A stretch of DNA of 23,462 bases. It comes from Candidatus Zixiibacteriota bacterium (GTDB lineage Bacteria > Zixibacteria > MSB-5A5 > GN15 > FEB-12). Positions 1 to 8,675 of the stretch are shown here, piece after piece. The notes beneath the pieces are model-generated. The model saw only the letters and a program-made list of their open reading frames with translations. It made no database searches and was not told the DNA's origin. The first letter of the stretch is position 1. Every line of letters starts with the position of its first letter. The DNA lies in assembly GCA_041742355.1 (NCBI GenBank), contig JBGSIV010000049.1, forward strand, positions 1-23,462, in the 5' to 3' direction. The position numbers and the translations under genes were made by a program.

Positions 1-385
<385 letters not shown>

Positions 386-497
386 TCAGTAGATGTTGGT
401 ATGTTCGCTCTCATGTTCCGTATGCCGTTCCCCCCGTCGGGCGGGACCGGTCAATCCTCTCTGGACCCTGCAGCGGTGATGGCAGAAGTAGTCTATT

Positions 498-514
498 ATT
501 AGACAGTGTATAAT
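498..514. promoter_or_regulatory. Putative PerR/Fur-family operator upstream of katG
   Basis: ATTAGACA-G-TGTATAAT is an 8-1-8 inverted repeat with one mismatch. It is an AT-rich patch between the perR stop and the katG leader and has the 7-1-7 geometry of Per boxes (TTATAATnATTATAA in Bacillus). Confidence 0.65.
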
Positions 515-530
515 CAGTCGACAAAAAAAG

Positions 531-929
531 TCAGGTCTTCTTCCTTCTGCCCCGCAGTATCACCTGAAACTCGACAACCTCGAAATCCTTGAGCTTTTCC
601 TTCCCTTTGACCTCCAGCTGATCCCAGGGAATATCATAGATGGCGCCGGTTTCGTTGTCAACGAAGTGATGGTGTCTCTCGATGTTGGGATCGAAAACGA
701 CCGCGCCCTCTCTGATCGTCTGCATCCCGAGAAGCCCCCGTTCGACCAGCAGATTCAGCGTGTTGTATACCGTAGCCCGCGAGATCGTCGGGCACTTCTT
801 TCGCGCATAACTGAGAACATCATCCGCCGACGGATGTGATTTGCTTTGCAGCACGTATTCGACCACGGCAATCCGCTGGGGAGTCGGTTGAATATCGCAC
901 TGCCGCAGAATCGAAATGGCATCCTTCAT
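531..929 (-). CDS. perR: Fur-family peroxide-sensing regulator (PerR/Irr-like, no CxxC motifs)
   Basis: 132 aa with TPQR, HPSAD and SRATVYNTL. The PerR-type ligand set His(SHP), Asp(FDP), HxH(HHH), Asp(YDIP) is present. It lies directly upstream of katG. Confidence 0.85.
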   Translation of the reverse strand: MKDAISILRQCDIQPTPQRIAVVEYVLQSKSHPSADDVLSYARKKCPTISRATVYNTLNLLVERGLLGMQTIREGAVVFDPNIERHHHFVDNETGAIYDIPWDQLEVKGKEKLKDFEVVEFQVILRGRRKKT

Positions 930-935
930 CGGCTT

Positions 936-964
936 AGAATATGTATTGTCTTAGATGATGTCAA
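936..964 (-). promoter_or_regulatory. Sigma70 promoter of perR
   Basis: TTGACA (964-959), 17-nt spacer, TATTCT (941-936), then 6 nt to the ATG. Confidence 0.75.
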
Positions 965-1108
965 GAAGAAAGTCGAGCAAGAGGGTCGCTCTTTACGCAA
1001 CTCACGCCGGCGTCGGCCGCTGCTCGAAAACGCCTGTCGTTCAATATCTTCCTGGTCAATTGGGAGGCCCGATTGGGAGCGACAGCCGAACCCGGCCCGC
1101 CTCTGCCA

Positions 1109-2257
1109 CTATCTCAACAACTCCCGCTTCCCATCCCCTTCGACTCGGTAGAAGTGCCCCTCCTGCCACAACAGCCCCTGGAGCGATCCTAAGTCCTCGT
1201 ACAGTACATCGACCCCGAACACTCTCCCTGCACGGTGCACCATCAGGCTGTCCTGATTGGTGTGCCCGACCGCTATCGACGACACCCCGTAGAAGTCGAG
1301 AACGCGGTCGATAACGGAATCGGTCGCCAGTTCATATCGACCCTCGCTTGCCTCCCAGTACCCCCGGTACCACAACGGCCCCAGGCTTCCGTATACCAGG
1401 CGGGCCGCTTCATCGAAACGGTACTGCACCGAATTGATCCCAAGGAACTTCCGCACCGCGTCGTTCATCATGGCGGCGGTCCAGCCGCTGTCAACCATGA
1501 GCGGGGAGAGCCCCCCGTGAACATACAGCACATCATTAATCGTGATCACCGTATGCCTGGATCTGAGCCACTGCCCCAGCACCATGTTCGGGCCGTACAA
1601 ATCCTCGTGGCGCACCCTCGCTCTTGCGGCGATCCCCTTCAGGTACTTGTCGTGAACGTAGCGGTCGTCGCCGTTGATAACCATCTGCTCATGATTCCCC
1701 AGCAGCACATGCACCGCGCCGCCTTCGCGCTCTGCCTCCTGCTCCAGTCGGAACAGCATCCAGAGACACTCCGTGACCATGTCCCCGCGGTCAAATATGT
1801 CGCCGACAATCACGAGGTGACCATCCTCCATGGCCCAGTGCAGCGCCGAGTCCACCACACCCCCGTTTCTGAGTATCTCCACCATGTACTCGTACTCCCC
1901 GTGAATGTCGCTTATCGCGAACACACGGGAAACGCCCGAGTAGGTGTGCGGCCTAACCGGGAAACCGTCCGCGGGAACGATATACTCCGTACCGGTATCG
2001 AAGCAGAGCCCGAGTACATGATACTCCCCGCCGACTGCATACGTGGTATCGACAACCAGAGAATCTTCGCAGAGATACAGGGCGATTATCGTGCTGTCAT
2101 TCTGTCGATACAAATACGGCCCGTCGTTGATAGGAGCCGCCGGCGTCGTGCTGTCGCCGTCACTCTCGGCCGCAACCACCGGAGGGCATAATGCGATCGA
2201 CAGGATCGCTAACAACCCGACGAAGAATCGTAAGACTCCGGAATTCATGTTCACCAT
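1109..2257 (-). CDS. Exported metallophosphoesterase, Shewanella-like (Shelph) PPP-type phosphatase
   Basis: Motifs SDIHG, GDIFDRG, GNHE, HGG, GPLWYRG and GHT, plus an N-terminal signal peptide. Start set at ATG 2257 because GGAG lies 8 nt upstream. Confidence 0.85.
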   Translation of the reverse strand: MVNMNSGVLRFFVGLLAILSIALCPPVVAAESDGDSTTPAAPINDGPYLYRQNDSTIIALYLCEDSLVVDTTYAVGGEYHVLGLCFDTGTEYIVPADGFPVRPHTYSGVSRVFAISDIHGEYEYMVEILRNGGVVDSALHWAMEDGHLVIVGDIFDRGDMVTECLWMLFRLEQEAEREGGAVHVLLGNHEQMVINGDDRYVHDKYLKGIAARARVRHEDLYGPNMVLGQWLRSRHTVITINDVLYVHGGLSPLMVDSGWTAAMMNDAVRKFLGINSVQYRFDEAARLVYGSLGPLWYRGYWEASEGRYELATDSVIDRVLDFYGVSSIAVGHTNQDSLMVHRAGRVFGVDVLYEDLGSLQGLLWQEGHFYRVEGDGKRELLR

Positions 2258-2290
2258 CGCGAGTTCTCCGTTACTCCCCCGTCCGCACAT

Positions 2291-3010
2291 CTACTTCAAA
2301 TACTCCAGCGCGATTACGCCATCCACCATCTTGGCATAGCTGAAATGATGAATGAAATCCCCCGTGTTGACATACGTCCCCCGCTCAAACTGCCTGCACA
2401 CCGGAATATGCAAATGCCCGATCGCCACAACATCGAACCCCTCCTCGATCTTCCGCGCCGCGTATGCCTCATAATCCTTCGCGAACGTGTGGTCCCGCCG
2501 CGAGGTGTACTCCCGCGATGAACCCGAGACCTTCTTCGCCAGTGGGATCGCCCAGTCGGGCGGCAGCTTCCGGTAGAGCCAGATATTGATTGGATTGCGC
2601 AGAATCCGCTTGAGCACGCGGTACCCCCGGTCGGCCGGCGCCAGACCGTCGCCATGGATCAGATGCAGTTCCTTCCCTCCGTATTCGAGATCGAGATGAT
2701 CCCGGTGCAGGTTCACCCCGATATGCTCGGAGAAGAAATCGCTCATCCAGAAATCATGGTTACCGCTGATATAGTCGATCACAATTCCCCGCTCCACCAG
2801 TTCGGTCATCATGAAGAGCACCTGGTGGTGCTCCTTGGGGATCGCGTGTTTGTACTCGAACCAGAAATCGAACAGGTCGCCGAGGATCACCAGTCGCTCG
2901 CCGTCTGTCTTGACCCGCTCGAAAAGCTGCCGGATCTTCTCGACCTTGATTTTCTCCAGTTCAGTCGATCCCGATCCCAGATGTGCATCGGAGAAGATAT
3001 AGAGCGCCAT
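2291..3010 (-). CDS. lpxH: UDP-2,3-diacylglucosamine diphosphatase (LpxH-like metallophosphoesterase)
   Basis: Motifs SDAHLG, GDLFDFWFEY, GNHDFW, HGDG, GHLH and NTGDF. The likely start is MALYIFSD at 3010; the longer ORF-track start overlaps the divergent gene. Confidence 0.8.
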   Translation of the reverse strand: MALYIFSDAHLGSGSTELEKIKVEKIRQLFERVKTDGERLVILGDLFDFWFEYKHAIPKEHHQVLFMMTELVERGIVIDYISGNHDFWMSDFFSEHIGVNLHRDHLDLEYGGKELHLIHGDGLAPADRGYRVLKRILRNPINIWLYRKLPPDWAIPLAKKVSGSSREYTSRRDHTFAKDYEAYAARKIEEGFDVVAIGHLHIPVCRQFERGTYVNTGDFIHHFSYAKMVDGVIALEYLK

Positions 3011-3017
3011 GGGACAC

Positions 3018-3023
3018 AATATA
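3018..3023 (-). promoter_or_regulatory. -10 element of lpxH (possible leaderless start)
   Basis: TATATT lies 7 nt upstream of ATG 3010. There is no SD and no convincing -35. Confidence 0.45.
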
Positions 3024-3085
3024 CGCCCCAAGTCGATGAAAGAAACAGTTTTGTGTAACAGGCTACGGCTCTGTTCCAATTGTCC

Positions 3086-3114
3086 TTGACAAAGGCTGTC
3101 ACGGACCTTACGTA
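3086..3114 (+). promoter_or_regulatory. Putative promoter of the secreted protein gene
   Basis: TTGACA (3086-3091), 17-nt spacer, TACGTA (3109-3114). The -10 is imperfect. Confidence 0.5.
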
Positions 3115-3164
3115 TAGGAGAAGCACGTATCCATGATTCCGTAAAACGCAGAGGAGTGCCAGCC

Positions 3165-5633
3165 ATGTCTTCTCGTCGCCTCTTACTTCTCGCCGGCTGC
3201 CTGATCGGCCTCCCGATGGTGGCCAGTGCCGCCCCCCCGACAGACAGGGAACACACTCAAGGGACCGAGCCCCAATCGGCCGGCTACGACAACGCCACGT
3301 TTATCAACGCCAACTACATCCTCATGTTCGTCACTAATCACGGCAACTTCGGCCGTGACCTCAGCGACCTCTTCGGCTACGATGCCGGCACTTTCTATCC
3401 GTACCCTGGTCCGGAAAACCACGCGCAGTTTGTGAATGACCCGGACAAGAAGTACCCGCTCTACGCCGCCGGCCTCTGGATCGGCGGAAAGGTCAGCAAC
3501 CAGATCAGGGTAGCCGTCGCTGAGTATGCGGATGAGTTTGGCCCGGGCCCCATGAGTGGCGGCACGTTTATGGCTGACGGCCCCGGGTTCAAGGTCTACA
3601 AGCTCCACAGCGACAGCCTCGCCGGCAACCCGAACGACGATTACCTCAACTGGCCGATAGACCAGGGCGCTCCCTTCAACGTGACCCCTCTCGGCGATAC
3701 CGTCCCGCCCATGCGGGGCCGCCAAATGCTCTGGACTGTCTACAACGACGCCAATATGGCCGTGCACGATAACGACGCCGGCAGTACCCAACCTCTCGGC
3801 ATCGAGGTGCAGCAGACCGTCTGGGCCGGACTCTCCTCAAACCCGATCGACACAAACTGGATTTCGGAGACCATCTCCGCCGACCACGTTGGCTCGGGAG
3901 TCGGCGACGTGACGGTGACGGTCGCTGACCCGGCCGCCCTTACCGGCGACCAGTACCGGGTGGAATTCTACCCACAGCCGGACTCCGGCTACTTTTGGCG
4001 CCTCGTCGACGTAACCACGGCGCAGACCCTCCTGAGCGACCAGGCCAACTTTGCCGGAGAGAGTGTCATCGTCCACGGCCTGCTCATCCGGGTGTCTCAG
4101 CCCGAGAGCATCGCCATCGAAGCAATCGTGGAAGTCGCCAATGCCGACGGTCTGCTCGATCCGCCCGACAACGTCATGTACTCCCTTAACTCGACGCGTG
4201 ATTGGTATGTCGATGCCGATCAGACCGGGGCATTCGAACGCCTGAACTGGCGGGGCCTGCTGACCGACGAGGATTGGGAGATCCGCTTTGATGACAGCAG
4301 CTCCGTGTACGACTGGAACACCGACCTGCTTTTCACTGAAAAAGCCCCCTTCTCCATTTGGAATGTCGGGGTTGGCACATTCGATGATCCCTCCGACGAC
4401 ATCCGACGCCAGTTCGCCATCCTTGATGACGACATAAGCGGCAGCTGGAGCTACGGCGACCGGATTTACGTTATCGAACAGCCCTATATCGAGCCGCTCA
4501 GCCCCCAGGCCCAATACGTTTTCCCCGACAATTTCCAGATCGGCCGAGTCGTGATTCGCGATTACTCGTTTCTCACGAGCAGCCCGGCTCCGGGCACCAT
4601 CATCCGTTTTGTCTCCGTGCAGAAGCCGCCGCTGACGACAGCGGATACCTTCACCTTTGCCGCTCCGCACTACACCGTGTTCCCGGGCTTGGGCGGGGAG
4701 AACGCCGCTGTCTACCTCCAGTACAAGCTGTACAACCGGGGCGCCAATACAATCGACAGCTTCTACTTCGCCCTCTGGACCGATCCTGACCTGGGTGACG
4801 CCGCGGATGACCTGGTCGCCTGCGACACCCTGCACGACCGGTTCTTCTGTTACAATGGCGATGCAGACGATTCCTACTACGGTTGCAGTTGCCCGGCTAT
4901 CGGCTTCCGACTGCTGTGCGGGCCGCTTGTCCCGTCCAGTCCCGGCGACTCCGCCTTCTTCGACGGCCGCTGGATTCCGGGCTACACCAACCTCCCCATG
5001 ACTGCCTTTGCCAAGTACATCAACGGCACCGACCCGAACGACTTCAATGAAACTTACAACTACATGAAGGGCCTCAGTCCCGACGGATGGCCCTACCCCA
5101 ATGGCACCAGCTTCATGTGTCCCGGAGACCCGGTCACCGGCAGTGGGGATCTTGACTTCAATCCGTCCGACCGTCGCATGATGGCCTCCTGCGGCCCCAT
5201 AACCTTCCAGCCCGGCGACAGTCAGTACGTCCTGATCAAAATGGCGGTGGGTCAGAGCGGCGATCGTCTGCAGTCCATTCAGGCGCTGCGCACAATTCTC
5301 GGGACCCGTGACGATATTCCCACCGGAGTAGCTGATGAGGATCCCACAATCCCGTTGCGGCTTACCCTGCTCCAGAACTACCCCAACCCTTTCAATCCGT
5401 CAACGACGATTGATTACTCGCTCCCCCGGCGATCCCACGTTCGCCTGCGAGTTTACAACATCCTCGGTCAGGAAACCCGGACCCTCGTCAACGAGGAGCA
5501 GTCGGTCGGGGCGCATCAGATCGAATGGGATGGCCGCGACAACACCGGCCACGATGCCGCCACCGGAGTGTACCTGTACCGCATTGAAGTGGGCGACGAA
5601 GTCACCAGCCGCAAGATGCTGCTTCTGCGCTGA
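3165..5633 (+). CDS. Large secreted protein with C-terminal FlgD-Ig / T9SS-type-A-like sorting domain
   Basis: GAGGAG SD at 3151-3156 and ATG at 3165; signal peptide MSSRRLLLLAGCLIGLPMVASA. The C-terminus is LLQNYPNPFNPSTTIDYSLP...VYNILGQ...WDGRDNTG...ATGVYLYR...RKMLLLR. The core has YAAGLWIGG and WTDPDLGDAADD motifs. Confidence 0.85.
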   Translation: MSSRRLLLLAGCLIGLPMVASAAPPTDREHTQGTEPQSAGYDNATFINANYILMFVTNHGNFGRDLSDLFGYDAGTFYPYPGPENHAQFVNDPDKKYPLYAAGLWIGGKVSNQIRVAVAEYADEFGPGPMSGGTFMADGPGFKVYKLHSDSLAGNPNDDYLNWPIDQGAPFNVTPLGDTVPPMRGRQMLWTVYNDANMAVHDNDAGSTQPLGIEVQQTVWAGLSSNPIDTNWISETISADHVGSGVGDVTVTVADPAALTGDQYRVEFYPQPDSGYFWRLVDVTTAQTLLSDQANFAGESVIVHGLLIRVSQPESIAIEAIVEVANADGLLDPPDNVMYSLNSTRDWYVDADQTGAFERLNWRGLLTDEDWEIRFDDSSSVYDWNTDLLFTEKAPFSIWNVGVGTFDDPSDDIRRQFAILDDDISGSWSYGDRIYVIEQPYIEPLSPQAQYVFPDNFQIGRVVIRDYSFLTSSPAPGTIIRFVSVQKPPLTTADTFTFAAPHYTVFPGLGGENAAVYLQYKLYNRGANTIDSFYFALWTDPDLGDAADDLVACDTLHDRFFCYNGDADDSYYGCSCPAIGFRLLCGPLVPSSPGDSAFFDGRWIPGYTNLPMTAFAKYINGTDPNDFNETYNYMKGLSPDGWPYPNGTSFMCPGDPVTGSGDLDFNPSDRRMMASCGPITFQPGDSQYVLIKMAVGQSGDRLQSIQALRTILGTRDDIPTGVADEDPTIPLRLTLLQNYPNPFNPSTTIDYSLPRRSHVRLRVYNILGQETRTLVNEEQSVGAHQIEWDGRDNTGHDAATGVYLYRIEVGDEVTSRKMLLLR

Positions 5634-5650
5634 CGTTGATCGCGACATAG

Positions 5651-5679
5651 AAAAAGGCAGGAGCATCCGCTCCTGCCTT
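5651..5679 (-). terminator. Intrinsic terminator between the convergent purL and secreted-protein genes
   Basis: AAGGCAGGAGC-ATCC-GCTCCTGCCTT is a perfect 11-bp stem, with a U-run on the minus (purL) strand. Confidence 0.8.
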
Positions 5680-5701
5680 CGAATCTCGATAGGAATGATA
5701 G

Positions 5702-7957
5702 CTAGCTGCGCACCGGCGCCGCTGCTTCCGCTTCCCCCATGAACCGACGCATCGAGTTGTACCACGCATCCGCCATCTTCTCCAACCGCTGGTCCACGAG
5801 GCCGTCGATCTTAAGCGACACCCCGCCGACCGTCCCGATCCTCCGGCACGGCACGGCCGCTGCATCAAACCACTTCTGCAGCGCCTCGGCATCCTCTGCC
5901 GCGCACGATACCACCACTCGCGACTGCGTCTCGCCGAACAACAGCGCATCCGCCCGCATCTTGTCGCCGAGCGTGATCGTCGCCCCGACCTGATTCTCCC
6001 GATTCGAAATACAGCACTCACCGAGCGCCACTGCCAACCCACCGTCCGACACATCGTGCGCCGACTTCACCAGCCCCTGACGGATCGCCCCGAGCAGCGC
6101 ATCCTGCAGCGTCCGCTCGAATCTCAGATCCAGCGGTGGCACCTCGCCCCGATTGTCGTTGAACATCGTGTGCAGGTACTCCGATGCCCCGATATGCTCT
6201 CTGTTCTCACCGAGCAGGAACACGACATCGCCGCTGTCCTTGAACCACTGCGTCGTGATGTGATCTGTATGTTCGATCAACCCGATCATGCCGATTGTCG
6301 GCGTGGGGAAGACCGCACGCTGCGGATCCTCATTGTAGAAACTCACATTGCCACCCGTTACCGGCGTCTCGAACGCAAGGCACGCCTCGCCCATCCCCTT
6401 GATCGCCTCGGCGAAAGAGTAGTAAATCTCCGGCTTGTACGGATTGCCGAAATTGAGGCAGTTCGTGATCGCCAGCGGCTTGCCGCCGGAACAGACAATA
6501 TTGCGCGCCGCTTCGGCTACCGCGCTCTGCGCGCCGAGCCGGGGGTTGATGTAGCAGTACCGCCCGTTGCAGTCGGTCACCATCGCCAGCGCCTTGTGCG
6601 TCTTGCGAATCCGCAACACCGCCGCGTCCGAACCCGGCCCGACCGCCGTATTCGTCCGCACCATCGAATCGTACTGCTCGAACACCCACCCCTTCTGGCA
6701 GATATTCGGCGCCGCCAGCATCCTGATGAGCACGTCATTCCAATTCTGCTGCACCGGGTACTTGCTCATATCGAGCTTGACCACCTCATCCATGTACGCC
6801 GGGCGTTTCGTCTCCCGGTGGTACACCGGCGCCCCGCCGCCGAGCACGAGCTCCCGCGACGGCACCTGCGAAACGATCTCCCCGTTGAGCTTCACCGTCA
6901 TCATCTTGTCGTCGGTGACATACCCGATAATCGTCGAATCCAGCCCCCACTTGTCGAAGACCTTCGTGACTTCCCCTTCCAACCCCTTCTTCACACAGAC
7001 AAGCATCCGCTCCTGCGACTCCGACAGCAGGATCTCGTACGGCGTCATGTGCGGTTCGCGCACCGGCACCTTGTCGATATGCAGCTCGATCCCACTCTCC
7101 CCTTTGGCGGACATTTCCGAACAGCTGCACGTGATCCCGGCTGCCCCCATATCCTGTATCCCGACAATCAGCCCCTTCTCGATAATCTCCAGCGTCGCCT
7201 CCACCAGCAGCTTTTCGGTGAATGGATCGCCGATCTGCACCGACGGCCGCTTCTCCTGCGACTTCGCCGTCAACTCCTCCGAGGCAAACGTCGCGCCGTG
7301 AATCCCGTCGCGCCCCGTCTTCGATCCCACTATCATCAGCGGATTGCCTACCCCTTTGGCCACCGCCGACACCATGCCGTCGGACTTCGCTATCCCCACC
7401 GCCATCGCGTTCACCAGCGGATTCCCGGTGTACGCTTCGTCGAAATACACTTCCCCGGCAATCGTCGGCACGCCGAACGAATTGCCGTAGTCGCCGATCC
7501 CTCGCACCACGCCATCAACCAGGTACCGCACCCGCGGATTCTCCGGCAGACCGAACCGCAGGGAATTGAGCGACGCTATCGGACGCGCGCCCATCGTGAA
7601 TATGTCGCGGAGAATCCCGCCGACCCCGGTCGCCGCCCCCTGGTAGGGCTCGACCGCCGACGGGTGATTGTGCGACTCGATCTTGAACACCACCGCCAGC
7701 CCGTCGCCGATATCGACCGCCCCGGCATTCTCCTCGCCCGCTTTGGCCAGGAGCGCCTCGCCGTCGCGTGGCAGCGTCTTCAACAGCGCGATCGAATTCT
7801 TGTACGAACAGTGCTCCGACCACATGACCGAGAACACCCCGAGCTCGGTCCAGGTCATCTCCCGCCCGAGTATCTGCTTGATCCGTTCGTGCTCTTCTTT
7901 GGTCAATCCGTGAGCCTCGACCATCTCCGCGGTCACTTTCGGCTGCTGGTAGGTCAT
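5702..7957 (-). CDS. purL: Phosphoribosylformylglycinamidine synthase subunit PurL (small type)
   Basis: Motifs [57 protein letters not shown] and HDVSDGG. Start MTYQQPK at 7957 with AGGAG upstream; the ORF-track extension to 8113 crosses intergenic hairpins. Confidence 0.97.
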   Translation of the reverse strand: MTYQQPKVTAEMVEAHGLTKEEHERIKQILGREMTWTELGVFSVMWSEHCSYKNSIALLKTLPRDGEALLAKAGEENAGAVDIGDGLAVVFKIESHNHPSAVEPYQGAATGVGGILRDIFTMGARPIASLNSLRFGLPENPRVRYLVDGVVRGIGDYGNSFGVPTIAGEVYFDEAYTGNPLVNAMAVGIAKSDGMVSAVAKGVGNPLMIVGSKTGRDGIHGATFASEELTAKSQEKRPSVQIGDPFTEKLLVEATLEIIEKGLIVGIQDMGAAGITCSCSEMSAKGESGIELHIDKVPVREPHMTPYEILLSESQERMLVCVKKGLEGEVTKVFDKWGLDSTIIGYVTDDKMMTVKLNGEIVSQVPSRELVLGGGAPVYHRETKRPAYMDEVVKLDMSKYPVQQNWNDVLIRMLAAPNICQKGWVFEQYDSMVRTNTAVGPGSDAAVLRIRKTHKALAMVTDCNGRYCYINPRLGAQSAVAEAARNIVCSGGKPLAITNCLNFGNPYKPEIYYSFAEAIKGMGEACLAFETPVTGGNVSFYNEDPQRAVFPTPTIGMIGLIEHTDHITTQWFKDSGDVVFLLGENREHIGASEYLHTMFNDNRGEVPPLDLRFERTLQDALLGAIRQGLVKSAHDVSDGGLAVALGECCISNRENQVGATITLGDKMRADALLFGETQSRVVVSCAAEDAEALQKWFDAAAVPCRRIGTVGGVSLKIDGLVDQRLEKMADAWYNSMRRFMGEAEAAAPVRS

Positions 7958-7982
7958 GTTCGTCGTCACTCCTGTGGTATTT

Positions 7983-8011
7983 GTAGGGCACGACCCGTTA
8001 GCGGTCGTGCC
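7983..8011 (+). repeat. GTAG-family REP-like palindrome
   Basis: GTAG followed directly by GGCACGACC-CGTTAGC-GGTCGTGCC, a perfect 9-bp stem. Confidence 0.6.
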
Positions 8012-8021
8012 GATGTTTTTC

Positions 8022-8049
8022 GTAGTGCAGGAGCTTCTGCGCCCCTGTC
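8022..8049 (+). repeat. Second, degenerate GTAG REP-like palindrome
   Basis: GTAG followed by TGCAGGAGC-TTCTGC-GCCCCTGTC, an imperfect stem in the same orientation, 10 nt after the first element. Confidence 0.4.
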
Positions 8050-8057
8050 GCGTTCTC

Positions 8058-8606
8058 TCACTTCGCTTCTTTCGGGTCGTCGTTCTCTCGACCACTTTTG
8101 GCTTCGAACTCATCTGTCATTCGATTCTGCAAGTCATCTCCGACAAAGGAGTTCTCGCCGCCCGGAAGATTTTGCTCCCCGAGGCTGGCGTGATCGTGCC
8201 CCTTCCCACGATTGTCGACAAGCTCCATTCCCAATACGACACCGCTCTTCACCGCGATGAGTAGCTCCCTTTCATAAACCGAGCCGAATCCCATGTGGAC
8301 ATACAGGAGTTGCTCTCCTTGCGGAATCCTGATCGTGCCGCTGAACCAGTCGGCAAGAATAGGCTCAGAGCCCGTCATCTGATATCGTCCCTCAACTCCC
8401 ACCAAATAGAACTTACTCTTCTGTATTTTCCATGTGCCGATGTACTGCCGCCAACACGCGGTCGAGAAGACAATCGAATGAGACTTCGCGGCGTCCGCCT
8501 CATCGCTAACACGAATCCGGGGATGATTCTCCGGCAGTGGCGGACAGAAAGCCATCGAGGTCCGTTTCCCATTAAGGATCAGCCGTTCATGAACTTGTGC
8601 TGTCAT
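8058..8606 (-). CDS. Conserved hypothetical protein (MTAQ...STACWRxY...W...ADWFSG...YVHMGF type)
   Basis: ATG 8606 with GGAG upstream, 182 aa. I recognise the motif pattern as a widespread uncharacterised family. GC is lower than in neighbouring genes. Confidence 0.75.
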   Translation of the reverse strand: MTAQVHERLILNGKRTSMAFCPPLPENHPRIRVSDEADAAKSHSIVFSTACWRQYIGTWKIQKSKFYLVGVEGRYQMTGSEPILADWFSGTIRIPQGEQLLYVHMGFGSVYERELLIAVKSGVVLGMELVDNRGKGHDHASLGEQNLPGGENSFVGDDLQNRMTDEFEAKSGRENDDPKEAK

Positions 8607-8646
8607 TTCTCTTCTCCGCAGTCGGGGGACCAACATCGGGAGCCCC

Positions 8647-8675
8647 AATATACCCCCCCGCCCCACCCCGGTCAA
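8647..8675 (-). promoter_or_regulatory. Sigma70 promoter upstream of the hypothetical gene and purL
   Basis: TTGACC (8675-8670, overlapping the nth stop codon), 17-nt spacer GGGGTGGGGCGGGGGGG, TATATT (8652-8647). Confidence 0.7.

Noticed and set aside
1034..1107. Partial resemblance to a ZMP/ZTP (pfl) riboswitch (GUCG...GGGAGCGAC...GCCCGCC)
   Set aside because: It lacks the GACUGGCG and CGCCUGGGC elements, and no gene follows on that strand.
7960..8057. Possible integron attC site after the low-GC gene
   Set aside because: There is no paired RYYYAAC...GTTRRRY arrangement and no integrase.
7958..8113. N-terminal extension of PurL, or a purine/ZTP riboswitch upstream of purL
   Set aside because: The extension is non-homologous low-complexity sequence, and no aptamer consensus is visible.
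6056..8260. 734-aa plus-strand ORF and other long antisense ORFs (e.g. 1235-2191, 10053-11312, 17667-18926, 19212-20528, 21469-23145)
   Set aside because: They mirror well-supported minus-strand genes, are Arg/His/Pro-rich and have no motifs. These are typical high-GC shadow frames.
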